Shown here piece after piece: positions 15,967-28,005 of a DNA stretch of 64,000 nt. Position 1 is the first letter of the stretch. Each line of letters opens with the position of its first letter. Both the position numbers and the translations under genes were made by a program. The DNA is from Adineta vaga (lineage: Eukaryota; Animalia; Rotifera): contig CP075492.1 of assembly GCA_021613535.1 (NCBI GenBank), positions 2,418,001 to 2,482,000 of the forward strand, written 5' to 3'. The notes under the pieces were generated by a model that searched no databases, was not told the origin of the DNA, and saw only the letters and a list, made by a program, of their open reading frames with translations.

Positions 15967-17796
15967 TTAGTTTATTTGATTATCATCATTTAACTTGATT
16001 CGTTTATGATTACATTCGATTTCGTTTGTTTTCTTCTTTCCAATCCATATGATATCACATCCACAACGCTTTCGATATACTGAATTGATAGTATTGTTAG
16101 TAAACCATTCTATGACTTGTTCCGATAATTTTGAACGTGATATTTCAAATTTTACAACTGAAAGATATGGACATCGTTCTATAATAGTTTCAACTTGATG
16201 TAATTGATTGACGGGTATTTGTAAATATTTAATCCGACATGGAAGTATTGAACACAAATCATTCAGATATACATATAATTCAGATTTACTATAACGACTA
16301 CGAATTATCAACGATGAAAGATTTGGTGATCGTTCAATAATAGTAATTGCTTCGAACAATGAATGTTTGTTAAGTTTATTGAAAGTGAAACTCTCTAATT
16401 TGACTTCTACTAATCGTGAAATATCGATCAATGACATAAGAAATTCCATTGAATTCACAGAGAATCTCCTTTCTATATCAATATGAAGTTTTGTTACCTT
16501 TGGAAATAGTTGTTTGTTTTTTTCAAATTCCTAATAATCAAAAAAACATTCATACATAATATTTAACAATAGTCAACAGATCGAAAGCATCAGATATGGA
16601 CTCTAATTCACACAATAACATACTTTGTTTTTGAAACTATCATTCATTGATAATTTTAAAAGTAAATTAGTTTTGTCGCTGTTGTTTCTTATTGTTGAAT
16701 CATCGTACCATGATGATATTGTAGAATTCGAACAGACAAAAACTTTTTCTTCATCACATTTATATTCAAGAATAGTTTTACAGATTGGTATTGAATAAAT
16801 TTGTATCTTATATGAGTAAGACATTGTAAATTCACAAACTACAAACCATTTTTTATGTTGAATCCAAAATGGACTTTGAAATGATTGAATAATTGCATCA
16901 AGATCTGCATGAGTTTGTTTCTGTACTACTGGCACATTCATAAAGAATTCAAATCTGTCTAATTGAGAAAGATTAATTTCAATAAATTGTTCCCATCGAT
17001 TTCCATCAATTAGAAATTTATCACCAATCACTTTTAGATAAATCAATGATGGTGTCGATAAAAGAAATAATTCAAGTTCATTATTTGTTAGATTCAGGTC
17101 ATTGAATGTTACAGAAGTTAATTGTGGAAAAGAATATTTTTGTGATGAAGTACTTTGAATCATATAATTCAATAATTTTCCTCCGATAATCAAAGTACGA
17201 AGTTGAGGAGAACATGTTAAGATTTGACATAAATCATTGAAAGAAATATCATCATTTATAGATAAATATTTAATCCTACAATGAATAGGCCATGATATAT
17301 CACATAGTCGATTGGGTTTAATATTTAATTCAAGATTTCTAATATTTGAATTCGTTACGATGGATGAAAGAAAATTTAACGTTGTTTTCGCTCGTCTATC
17401 ATCATATTTGTGAATATGTAATGAAAATGATTTTAATAAATCAAGATTAATACGTTTTAGAATCATATTCATTTGAAATTCTTCAATATCGATAAGAGTT
17501 AGAGAATGAAGTCGAGTAAATTGTCGAAGACGAACGGTTGAAAGAAATAAATTAATTTCATTTGGAGTATATTCACTATTACAAAGTATTAATGATCGAA
17601 CATTTTGAGGATGAATTAATCGACAAAGTAAATGAAAATCAGATAAATAAATCGATTTGAAATCGAGTCTATAACGATCATACGTATGAACAACATTTCC
17701 AAATAATCGACATACACATCGAACTGAGAAAATTATTGTTTGAGCATCAAGATTATCAAAAATACGATAAAGTATTTCCACTGGTAACGAGTCCAT
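15967..17796 (-). CDS. F-box protein with LRR-like C-terminus, 2 exons
   Basis: MDSLPVEILYRIFDNLD F-box, LxxL repeats, intron ~16623-16531. Confidence 0.85.
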
Positions 17797-17990
17797 GGGC
17801 CTATTGAAAATAATGATATTCTATGTAGGAAACTTACGAACGTCTTTGTTTCGACTATTTATTTTTTCCTTGTAACTAAAAAGCAAACAGAACGGGAAAA
17901 AACCATGATTATTAACTATGCAATCGGAAGACGAAGAAGCGAAAAAAGAATGACTCATAATTTGATATCAATATGAGAAGATGACGCATT

Positions 17991-18043
17991 CAGAGTGTGA
18001 GTATAGTTGACATTAGGATGCTCATGCTCATACACACCCTCGA
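17991..18043. repeat. Telomere-repeat hairpin element (degenerate)
   Basis: GAGTGTGAGTAT...ATGCTCATACACACCCTCGAAG. Confidence 0.5.
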
Positions 18044-18127
18044 AGGATTCAACTGAAAAAGTTTATAAATATTCACCAATTTGATATTCTTCAACAAATT
18101 TCTTTGATTATTGAATGGCATCGACAA

Positions 18128-18480
18128 TTATTTTAGATGATCAAACATTTCAACTATTCCAACCTTTACAATTTTTATGACCCAATTGGTCAAAATACAG
18201 ATTATATTATTCATCAAGAAGGAAAATTCTTGCGATTTAATATGTACAACACGAAAAGGAATACCTGATGTTATAAATTCTTTCTCTTCATCATTGTATT
18301 GAGTTAACAAACTGATATCGGCGACGAAAGCAAACAACACTTTCATGACGAATAACGTTTTTACAAATCCTTCAGCTTTTGCATGATTGTGGTTACATGC
18401 CATGTAAACAATTGAAATGTTCGATATGTTCAGGTTTAAGATTAGTTCCTCGATAATGTGTATCTTTGGAAAGTAGTTGA
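18128..18480 (-). pseudogene. Decayed ADP-ribosyltransferase (ART) domain
   Basis: Across a frameshift: HYRGTNLKPEHIE / ACNHNHAKAEGFVKTLFVM..FAFVADISLLTQYNDEEKEFITSGIPFRV, i.e. degenerate R, STS and ExE regions. Confidence 0.6.
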
Positions 18481-18722
18481 TCTACTACTTTAAGACGCAA
18501 ATGTTTCTTCTAATTTTTTACATACTGCGCGTTACACACGTCTATGCTTTTGATTATCATTTTTTAACATCTAAATAATGAGTCCATTCGATTGGTTCAA
18601 AGTCTAGCTATTATGATAAGCATTTGGTTACCATATCCATTCACTACGATTTGAAGAGTTTAGTTCTGTGGATGGTACAGAATCCATTATTATTCCTTAA
18701 ATTTTGTTTTACTTCGAATGGG

Positions 18723-21700
18723 ATGACGGATCAGAAAACTAAAGAGTTCCAAGAATTGAAAAGAACTTTGTTGAAAAACAACCTGAAGATAACGAGAAAA
18801 CTTTATTTCGATGGAAAAAGAAGAAAAAAAGAAGTGCAGTCTATGCATAATTTACTTCACTCAATTAAAAACATCGACGAACGGCAAAACGTGAGAAGAA
18901 CAAGAAAAAGAATTGGATGCAATAACTACATCACCATGGATTTTGTTAAACAAATGGTAACTTTTTCTTTTGTGTTTCACAAAATAATTTTAAATAATGG
19001 CAGAAGAACTACAGTGATATGGTATGGTCCAGATATTAATGAATATCAAATAGAAACGAAAAGAAACTTAAATTGTCACTTGACTTCATTTACTGAAATT
19101 CAGTCTTGCGTTAATTATGTCGAATCTCTACCAAAAAATAATATCTATTTCATAACCTCGATATCATGTGAACAAGATGTTTTACCGCTTATACATCAAA
19201 TGCGACAAATCGATTCAGTATTTTTAATTTCAACGTCACATGAAGATTATGAAGATTTGTTGGATAAGTATTCGAAAATAATCGCTTGTTTCTACGATAT
19301 AAAATCATTAATTGAATCAGTGAACGAAAATATTGAATTAGCTGAAAAACAAAAGCTCGTTTTTTCTTTCTACAATCAACATAAGAACCAACTCGTGAAT
19401 TATCAAAAGAATCGGCTTTATTCCTTTGGTTTCAATTACTAAAAAATACTCTTGTGCATATGCCAAGTAATGATCTCAATGCTAAACAAGATCTGGTTGA
19501 ATTTCTAAAACAACGATATCGAAATAATAATAAACAAATGAAATTAATTGAAAAATTCGAGAGAAAGTATAAGTCAGATGATGCGCTACGTTGGTATACA
19601 AGTGAACCGTTTCTCTATCGACATTTAAATAAAGCATTACGTACTGAAGATATTGACCAATTATATACTTTTCGTTTCTTCATCTCGGATTTGTGCAAAA
19701 ATCTATTACGAGAATTTAAAATTGTTAAAGAATATGAACCTCGAGTGACACTCTATCGTGGCACAAGAATTCCTTTTGATGAATATCAGAAATTAAAGGA
19801 GAACGAAGGACATTTAATATCGATGAATGGCTTTTTATCGACAAGTCTTTCAAAAGAAGTGGCTCTAAGATTTGCTGATACATCCGATGAAATAAATCAA
19901 GCAGTTCTCTTTGAAATTGAATGTGATTTAAGTGAAGTACAAACGATTGTTCTTGCTCAAATTGTCGAATTCAGTACAATTAAAAGTGAAGAAGAAGTGC
20001 TCATTGATATTGGTGCTGTTTTTTTAATAATCTCAGTAGAATCACAGGAAAATATTGCCTTGATTAAAATGAAAGCTACTGATGATGGTGCGAAGATTTC
20101 TCAAAATTACTTAGAAATTAATCAAGCGGAATTGAAGGAAAAAGACGTGCGAATTATATGGGGTGATCTTCTTTTAAATATGGGATATAATGAGAAGGCG
20201 CTGCAGTACTTTGAAAAGTTACAAGATATGGAGGAAGGTATCGAAGATTGGCAGGTGCAAATTCATATTGGTCATGTCTTATCCAACAAAGGTTCGTTTG
20301 ATGAAGCTGCAACGCGATATTTTTATGCAAATGAATTGTGGGAAAAACAACAACTAACACAAAATATTTCCATTTTATCTCATATTAGTAGTGTTTTGAT
20401 AGAAAAAGGTTTATTTGATCAGGCACTCGAGATCATTTCTGAAATTTTACAAATTTATGAAAATTCGTCGGAAATTGAGCACAACAAAATTTATTATCAC
20501 GATATAGCCGCTTTCCTCTCCAGTATGGGAAGATGTTATTTTTGGAAAGGCGAATATGATTTGTCTATCACATATTTCAATCGTGCATATGATACTCGAG
20601 AAACTCATTATTCATGTGATCATTTCGAAAGTGCAAAAGATTTAGATCAACTTGCCATTCTTTACAGAACACAAGGTGATTACCAACGAGCATTGCATTA
20701 TTTTTCTCATGCTACATCAATTTATGAAAGAACTTTTCCATCAAATCATGATAGAGTGATTGAGCAATTAGTTCATATTGGACAAACTCTTGGAGAATGC
20801 AACAAAAAACAAGATGCTTTGAAATATCTGCGAAAAGCTCTTGCATTACACGAGACTATTATTTCTGACGACCGAACGAATATTGCGTTTAATCTTGATC
20901 TCCTCGCTCAGATTTCACTTTTGAATGGTGACGAAGAAAATACTATTGATCTCATTCAACGTGCTCTTGAAGTAAAACGAACATATCTTACAGAAGACCA
21001 TCCTTACATAGCAGATAATTTAACGAGTTTAGGCAATATTTTCAAAGAACGAGGACAATATGACAATGCTTGTGAAACTTATGTACAAGCTTTGAATATT
21101 TATGAAAAGATAAATCCAAATGGACATCCAGAGTCTGCTGTTGTCCTGCATGGTATTGGTTATGTTAATCAAGAAAATGGAGATTATGAAACAGCTCTTT
21201 TATATTATAGAAAAGCGGAAATAATCTATCGAAAATATATGTCACCTAAAAATCCGAATTTCATTCGTCTTCTCTTATGTTTTGCCGAAATACGACAACT
21301 GAAAGGTGAATTACATATGGCTATTAAGTCTTTGAAAGATTCTCTTACTACGATACAAAAAAGTGACCCAATCAACATATCACTTTTGCAGAAAACACAC
21401 ATGATGTTAGCAGATACTTATATGCTTCAAGGAGACGTGTTTGAAGCGCTCTATGCATATGAAAAAGGATTTGCAATTGAAATTGGTGATGAAATCGAAC
21501 ATTATGTATATCATGTGGGTTATCGTTTATTGATGTTAAGTTGTACGTTAGAATCACGAGGAAAATTTCTAAAAGCTCAGAATATGCAGAAGAATGCATC
21601 AATTATTTTTCAAAAATATGATTATCATCATTTGTTTAATCTTACTGAAAGATTATATGAACTTTGTGATAATGATCATCAAAATAATACTGGTTCCTTT

Positions 21701-22099
21701 ATTGTCCAAGACCTCTATACAAAAGCATTTGTTACTACACCTGCTGTTAGTGAGATTCTTCATAAGAAGAATGAATTATACTTATATTCACATGAAGAAA
21801 GAGATGCAATAACGTTTTATTATAAAATGTATCTATATCAACAACTATTTATAGATAAGAAACAACGAGCTTCAGCCACAACACTTCTTGCTTGTATTTA
21901 TGAGAAACAATATCAATATGAACTTGCACGATATTATCATGAAAAAGCACGGAATTTGTATATACAATTAATGACAGATACAAATGTCGATTCAGATATA
22001 AACGAATCGATTAGTTTAACCAATGAAATCAATTCTCATATTTTACATCTAACAGTTCATTTAGCATCAAGAACGTTTCCCTTCTTGTACCGGGTCTAG
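18723..22099 (+). CDS. ART-TPR protein: N-terminal alpha/beta domain + R-S-E ADP-ribosyltransferase + long TPR array; 1-nt frameshift near 19385
   Basis: TLYRG, GFLSTS and SEEEVL catalytic motifs, more than 10 TPRs. FYNQH continues as TRELSKESALFLWFQLLK in another frame with no intron. Start codon uncertain. Confidence 0.85.
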
Positions 22100-22551
22100 A
22101 ATATTATATGAGAAATCAAACTTATTGTATTATTAATTGTTTATTTGTTTACGATTGTTATCGTCGCTTTGCAATTTTGCAATTTTACTTGTTACACAAA
22201 TGATTCGTACATCAAATCGTTTTCTGACAAAAAGTGAAATATGTTTTAATTATTGTATTAATTTCGACAGGAATTACAAATATTGATGATGATGATAATA
22301 ATACTAAATGGTTTTGGTGTATTGTGAATAATTCTTTAAATATTCAAAAATTTAATTGAATTCATTTCGAAAATTATTAAAGAAACAAATTCAAGAACAT
22401 AAGTATTTTCTTGTCGTTTATGTGGTGTAGCTATTTATTAAAACTTAACTTATTAAACTTTATAAATATATACTAGCTATAGCATACGTTCATGAGAAAT
22501 GTACTGTTCATCTATAAGATTGGTTGAAAATAAAACCGATCAAAGGCAAAG

Positions 22552-23001
22552 TTATTCGTCTAAAGACGAAAGTAAGTCATCGAAGACGTAGACACTTGTT
22601 GTTTCCTTAATAGGTTGTCCATCTGGCGTATAACGTTGATAGCCACCAAGTGTAAGTTGAAGACGAATAAATTTATTGTCAGGTAGTGCAACCTAAAATA
22701 TTAACATTAAACAAAATGTCTCAATATATGATAAGTTATTTCTTTCTTTTGTACCTGAAAATCTTCAATTTTACCACAAGCTGGAGCACAACGGTAACGC
22801 ATTGGTTTCAACTCAAAATCCTCCGGTATCGATGGAAATTTTTCCCGAAATTTTTCATTTATTTGATCTTTGTGCTGAAAACAATCAATTTATTAATCGA
22901 TAGAAAACAGATTAATAACAACTCTACTTATTTACCTTATTGAACGTTGCGATATCTTCATCTGTTACTTCTCTATATTCATAAACCCAATTAATTGACA
23001 T
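22552..23001 (-). CDS. 108-aa stefin/cystatin-like protein, 3 exons (23001-22936, 22874-22755, 22692-22552); not in ORF track
   Basis: Phase-0 GT-AG introns give MSINWVYEYREVTDEDIATFNKHKDQINEKFREKFPSIPEDFELKPMRYRCAPACGKIEDFQVALPDNKFIRLQLTLGGYQRYTPDGQPIKETTSVYVFDDLLSSLDE*. The gene model is strong; the fold call is tentative. Confidence 0.7.
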
Positions 23002-23215
23002 TCTTGAGAAAATGTTTATATATAACGATATCTAAAAGTATAATATCTTTTTCAGTAAATCACATTGCTGTTTGAAAAGATATGATGAAAATCAAGCAGA
23101 GTTAATTATGCTTTTTATTGATTTGATTATGGAAATAAAATTTGACAACATCAATACAATTCGATTATACTGTGTGAATTATGTATAAGGGACAAAAGCA
23201 CAGAATGCGAAGAAA

Positions 23216-23548
23216 TTAAACTTTTTTCACTTCAATTTTGTTGTCTTTCACACTTGTTCTTGTATCATCAGTATACAACAATTGGCCCTGATTATCTTCA
23301 ATTCTTGCGCTTATTGTAAAACCGTAATCAGGAACTTTACTTGCTTCTTCTTCGTCATATGCAATGTTGTACGTAATTGGAAACTTTTGTCCTTGTTTCA
23401 AAGTTATCTTTTGCTCACCAAGTGTAAGAGCTGGTGCGTCCATACGACCAGTATTTTCAACTACAACTGTTAATGTTTCGTTGCCACTAAATGTATCATT
23501 TTCACAGCCGTTCTTTCCAGTAACGATACCTGTTGCTTTTCCTGACAT
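23216..23548 (-). CDS. YbaY/YscW-like (bacterial pilotin lipoprotein family) domain protein without signal peptide
   Basis: LTVVVENTGRMDAPALTLGEQKI..GQKFPITYNIAYD...FTISARIED..GQLLYTDDT matches the YbaY pattern. A 5'UTR intron is predicted at ~23694-23558. Confidence 0.75.
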   Translation of the reverse strand: MSGKATGIVTGKNGCENDTFSGNETLTVVVENTGRMDAPALTLGEQKITLKQGQKFPITYNIAYDEEEASKVPDYGFTISARIEDNQGQLLYTDDTRTSVKDNKIEVKKV

Positions 23549-24026
23549 TATATTCCCTATGAAAAACGTGAATATGATTTTAGAATAATAATCGATAGAT
23601 ATCTCGTTTAGGAATAAAACAGATCAGTTTTAGTTCGGATATCTATTATCTCTTCTAGACTTATGGATGATTGCGAAAAGAATACAGTATTTACCTTTGA
23701 TATGGTATGCTTCAATCGAATCTGTGCTGTGTGTGTGTGTGTTGAATAATGAAAAACAACTTAATTTTTTAGGGTTTATATACATTAAGCTTTTCGCTTT
23801 TCGCTGTTAACGCTCGATTGATATCAATGCAAGGATATTTACCTTGTTTGAGAAAGAATGCGAATTTCGCTGTACTGGATTTCGCAGTTGACTTTCGACA
23901 ATGACATTGGAACGAGATGAAGCAGAAGAGAGGGAAATTTTGGAAATTTCTTTTTTTGAGAAATCTAAACATACCTCTCTCTTTGTTATTTCTGAATTGC
24001 AACTGCCAAGATTGCATTTGCTCTTC

Positions 24027-24289
24027 CCCATGTCGAACGTTCCGGTGTCCAGATCCCGCGGGAACCTGCAGGAAAGCACCGGAAATCGCTGGAACATGGA
24101 AGCAGTATTCCGAACGGAAATTTTCGGATTTTTTCCGATAAGTTCCGGTCAATTTCCACTGGAAAGCACAGGAAATTGATTGGAATTCACTGGAAAAAAA
24201 CCGAAAATTTCCGCTCGGAATACTGCTTCCATGTTCCAGCGATTTCCGGTACTTTCCTGCCGGAACCGGCCCGTATTGTTTGACCTGGG
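24027..24289. mobile_element. Palindromic MITE, CMC/EnSpm(CACTA)-type ends
   Basis: CCCATGTCGAAC...GTTTGACCTGGG termini, long internal inverted repeat, 2-bp TSD TC/TC, GC-rich versus flanks. Confidence 0.85.
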
Positions 24290-25167
24290 TCGTCTGATTC
24301 TTTTCATCACAGCTGCCTTAACTGGATCTGTAAATTGAAATAAAATTACCATTAAAGGTACTAATGATACATCTATAGATATGCTAGCAAGTCGAAAATA
24401 ATATTTTGGAAGATCAGTGAAAAATGATGTTATAACGAATGTTATATATGGAATACCAAATAACAATGAGATAGTTACTAATATAAGTGTATGTCGAACC
24501 ATTTTTAATTCTCGTCTTGCATGAGATAAAGTATTTGCAGGTGTTATACGTTTACTCATTTCGTTCACATAATGAACTAATTTTACATACGTTAATATTT
24601 GTATTAGAAGAGGAACTATATAGACAGTAAATATCATATAAATAATTGAAAAAGAAAATTGAAATGGTATAAAACATGCTTGATTATCAACATTATAAAT
24701 GATTTCACCACGAAGTAGATATTCAAGAGAACATGCAATACAAATGATCCATGAAATACAAATGAGAAGAAATTGAAATCTTGCTGATTGCCAAAATAAA
24801 CGAGCTGGATAAATAACAATTATATATCGATAAAGTGCTTCTAAGAAAAATGCAAAATATAATATAGCACTTCCAACATATGCCAGGTAAGGATGAACTA
24901 TACAATATGAATTATGATATTGAATTTGTTTCAAATCATTTTCTAATTCCAATGAAGCTATTCCTAACATACCACATGCAAATATTAATATACCCAAACA
25001 TACATTTGCAGTTAACATCATAAAGATTGTATGACATGTTTTGTCAGCTATAATTATAACTATAAAGATTAGACAACATATAATTGAAATAACCAGAGAG
25101 ATAATAAGAATAATATCCAAAGGAATATACCATATTTCCGTAACTATCTTATTGTAATGTTATCCAT
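24149..25167 (-). CDS. Class A GPCR, intronless; C-terminus replaced by MITE sequence; upstream ATG (25167) is out of frame
   Basis: Seven hydrophobic helices, EALYRY (DRY-equivalent), FTDP in TM7. Native stop reconstructed at 23986. Confidence 0.75.
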
Positions 25168-25637
25168 TAAAATGCGAGAAAGATTCAATTCTTTTGACAA
25201 ATATCTTCAAATAAATATTGAAAAAAGAGTTTTACTAAAAAAGCTTTCATCAATATACTAAGACTATCTGTCGCGAGTGTACATAAGTGGTAGGAAAAGT
25301 TGAAGAAACACATTTGAATACTTAATCAGGAGCTGAAATTCTCAACTATTCACGTGTCATTAGTAAAATATTAGATATTCTCTTTTTTTTATATGAAATT
25401 ATCACTTATTGTAGACCGTAATAATGGTGTGAAGCTTAAAAACACTCTTTCAAATAAAAACTAACATGAATGGTTCACAATCACGGTTCTTGATAGGATG
25501 TTTAAATGCGTTCTTCCGAATTCTTGTGTGCTAGACATCTATAAATACTTGCAATCAAGAAAAAGATTGACAATTGAATTCTCTTTAATTATGAATTCAT
25601 GATTATTTGTAATGTACGTACATATATACATCTATAC

Positions 25638-25705
25638 GTGAAGATGTGAGTAAGAGTGAAGCATACATACATACATCTGCACTCTCATCCTCATCCACCC
25701 TTCGA
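25638..25705. repeat. Telomere-repeat hairpin element (degenerate)
   Basis: GAAGATGTGAGTAAGAGTG...CACTCTCATCCTCATCCACCCTTCG. Confidence 0.45.
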
Positions 25706-25985
25706 AACTAGTGACCAAATTTACATGTTTGATCTCTGTGGTGAATAAAAACATGAAAAATGTCACAATTGATTGACTTCTTCGTTAAAAGCTTTCTGTT
25801 TATCATGAAATAAAAGAAATTAGAATAATTACAGAAATCTTATACATAATTACTGCATAGCCTGTTCATTCATATATATGATAGTCGACACTTATATATC
25901 TACAGTAGTTGCGATCGGATATGAAAGTAGTATTGTTCATTTGAAGAAGAAAGTTCATATTTAGTTTCGATGTATTTTTTTTTAA

Positions 25986-26300
25986 TTATTCATATTGATT
26001 TTCTGGAAAAGTGTCTGTTACATATCTGTATCCAATCATTGACAATTTTAGTAATCGTGTTAATAGAAACAATAAATCATCTGATTCCTCAAGTAAGTAT
26101 TGCAGTTGTTCAATATTTGAAAATCTTTCACAGAACAAATTTCTTCTCTTACATATTACGAATGAATAGCCAACATCCGAATAAATATTTGTATAAATCA
26201 ACATTATCAAGAAAGGATGTAGGTGTATTTGTTTATAATCTTCCACATCCACATCTAAACAAAGATACACCATAGAAAGAATCGAAAAACACTTCTCCAT
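25986..26300 (-). pseudogene. Fragment resembling the C-terminus of F-box/LRR-family proteins
   Basis: CERFSNIEQLQYLLEESDDLLFLLTRLLKLS LRR-like pattern; no upstream exons found. Confidence 0.35.
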
Positions 26301-26489
26301 GATATTCAGACAAAAGAGGAAATGAGAAGACTTATCTCTTTAGCGGAGCACGTGTAGTTGGTATTTTTCTTATCATCTCTTTTTTACGCTATATATTCCT
26401 TGAAAATTTACATTTACCTTTGGTCGTGAAAGATGCGTTAACTCTTATTGTCTCTTAAGTAAAAAGAAAGACTAATAAAAAAAAAAGAA

Positions 26490-26665
26490 ATGTTATTCGA
26501 ATGTTTGCCTGATGAACTTATTCTACTCATCTTCTGCTACCTTCATAAATTCGACATCATTTATGGATTCACGAAACTTGAGAGTGTGGGTGTATCTCTC
26601 TTTCTTTCATACCCTTATCCTCAAGATTATTACTCAGAAATTTAATCAACGTACAAAGTTTTCGA
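26490..26665 (+). pseudogene. F-box N-terminal fragment interrupted by a hairpin element
   Basis: MLFECLPDELILLIFCYLHKFDIIYGFTKL, then the element at 26577-26625, then an NQR-like remnant. Confidence 0.65.
26577..26625. repeat. Telomere-repeat hairpin element (AAAGAAAGAGATAC spacer subfamily, reverse orientation)
   Basis: CTTGAGAGTGTGGGTGTATCTCTCTTTCTTTCATACCCTTATCCTCAAG. Confidence 0.8.
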
Positions 26666-27607
26666 GCAACAATAGAACTTCAACTCATTTGTACTCAAAC
26701 AAAAGAAAGAATAAGAATTTATAAAGCTGATGTATGACCCACTAAAATCTAGATAAGAATACGGATACGTAGACAGAGAGCATGAGATGAGGAAAAGAGA
26801 ACGTATTTTATACAGATAGACTTTTAAAAGAAACAACAAGAAAGTGTATATGTAAGAGCGATAATTAAGTCTTAAATAACATATTAATTCTTTAAAATCA
26901 ATTGAAAATTTAAAAAAAAAACATTTCGTAATATCAAAACACATACAATTAGATATAAAAACATTTTAAGAAGAAATGTTTGAATACAGTTAACAAATGC
27001 TTAAGATAGTGTTAATGAAATACGAAAAGATCAATATAAATTCCATTTTAAAATTGATATTTTCAATTATGAAAGAATATTCTTTGAAATTATTATCATA
27101 TTCAAGAAAAATTTAGTTAACATTTAAAAACTTTTGAGAATACAGTTCATCATGCTATTTTTTCATAATGATATCAAATAAAACTTAATTGTTTAACAAA
27201 CAAATCTTTAAACTTGCAAAACAAGTTATAACAACTCTTTTTATTTATCTGCCTTAAAGTCTATCAACTATCAGATAATTATCTGAAACTTATCAAAGCT
27301 GAAAAGAATTTTCATTGAATAAAAACATGTATTCATTAACTTTTTAGAAATGTATAAATATTATATGCAATAGTAGAATATTATAAACCATTTTTCTTCT
27401 ATAAGATAATCTTTCATAAATTCTTTCTTGTTCTCGGTACTTTTTTGAATATAAATAGATCACACGTATTTTGTTAAAACGTGTACATATTTTAAAATAA
27501 ATTATTCTTATATCTTTCGAAATTTGAAGAATATATAGCTTCCATTCGATTCTCCTATTCATAAAACAAACATCTCGATTCGTTTAAGAAAAAGTATTGT
27601 ATAAACA

Positions 27608-28005
27608 ATGTCAAATCAAGAAGATAAAATCAATGATCTTGCGCAAGTAATTCGATCAATATATATTTACATCGTTTTTATAGATTTTATCTAGAGAATG
27701 GAAGCTTGTGATGCAACTAGAGAAGAACTGAACAGAAGAATGGAAAATGGCGAAGACTTAACCGAATCTGGTGATGAAGATAACGATTACAATAATGATG
27801 CTACAGATTGTATTCAACACCAGCTGGGTAAACAAAAGATAATCTCATATGAATTTAATAGAATTTTTAATGCTTAGATACTGTCATGAACCGACAAAAC
27901 GAACAAGGTACAGGTGAAGACGAAACAAATGAACAAGATAAAGGTGAAAGCGAAACAAATGAACAAGATAAAGGTGAAGACAAAACAAATGAAAAAAGCA
28001 ATTAA
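27608..28005 (+). CDS. 99-aa acidic hydrophilic protein with three 10-aa repeats, 3 exons (27608-27646, 27695-27827, 27878-28005); not in ORF track
   Basis: GT-AG introns give a 300-nt frame MSNQEDKINDLAQRMEACDATREELNRR...NEQGTGEDETNEQDKGESETNEQDKGEDKTNEKSN*, with 30-bp tandem repeats. Confidence 0.65.

Noticed and set aside
23769-24179. Four overlapping ORFs
   Set aside because: They arise from the GC-rich palindromic MITE, which lacks stop codons.
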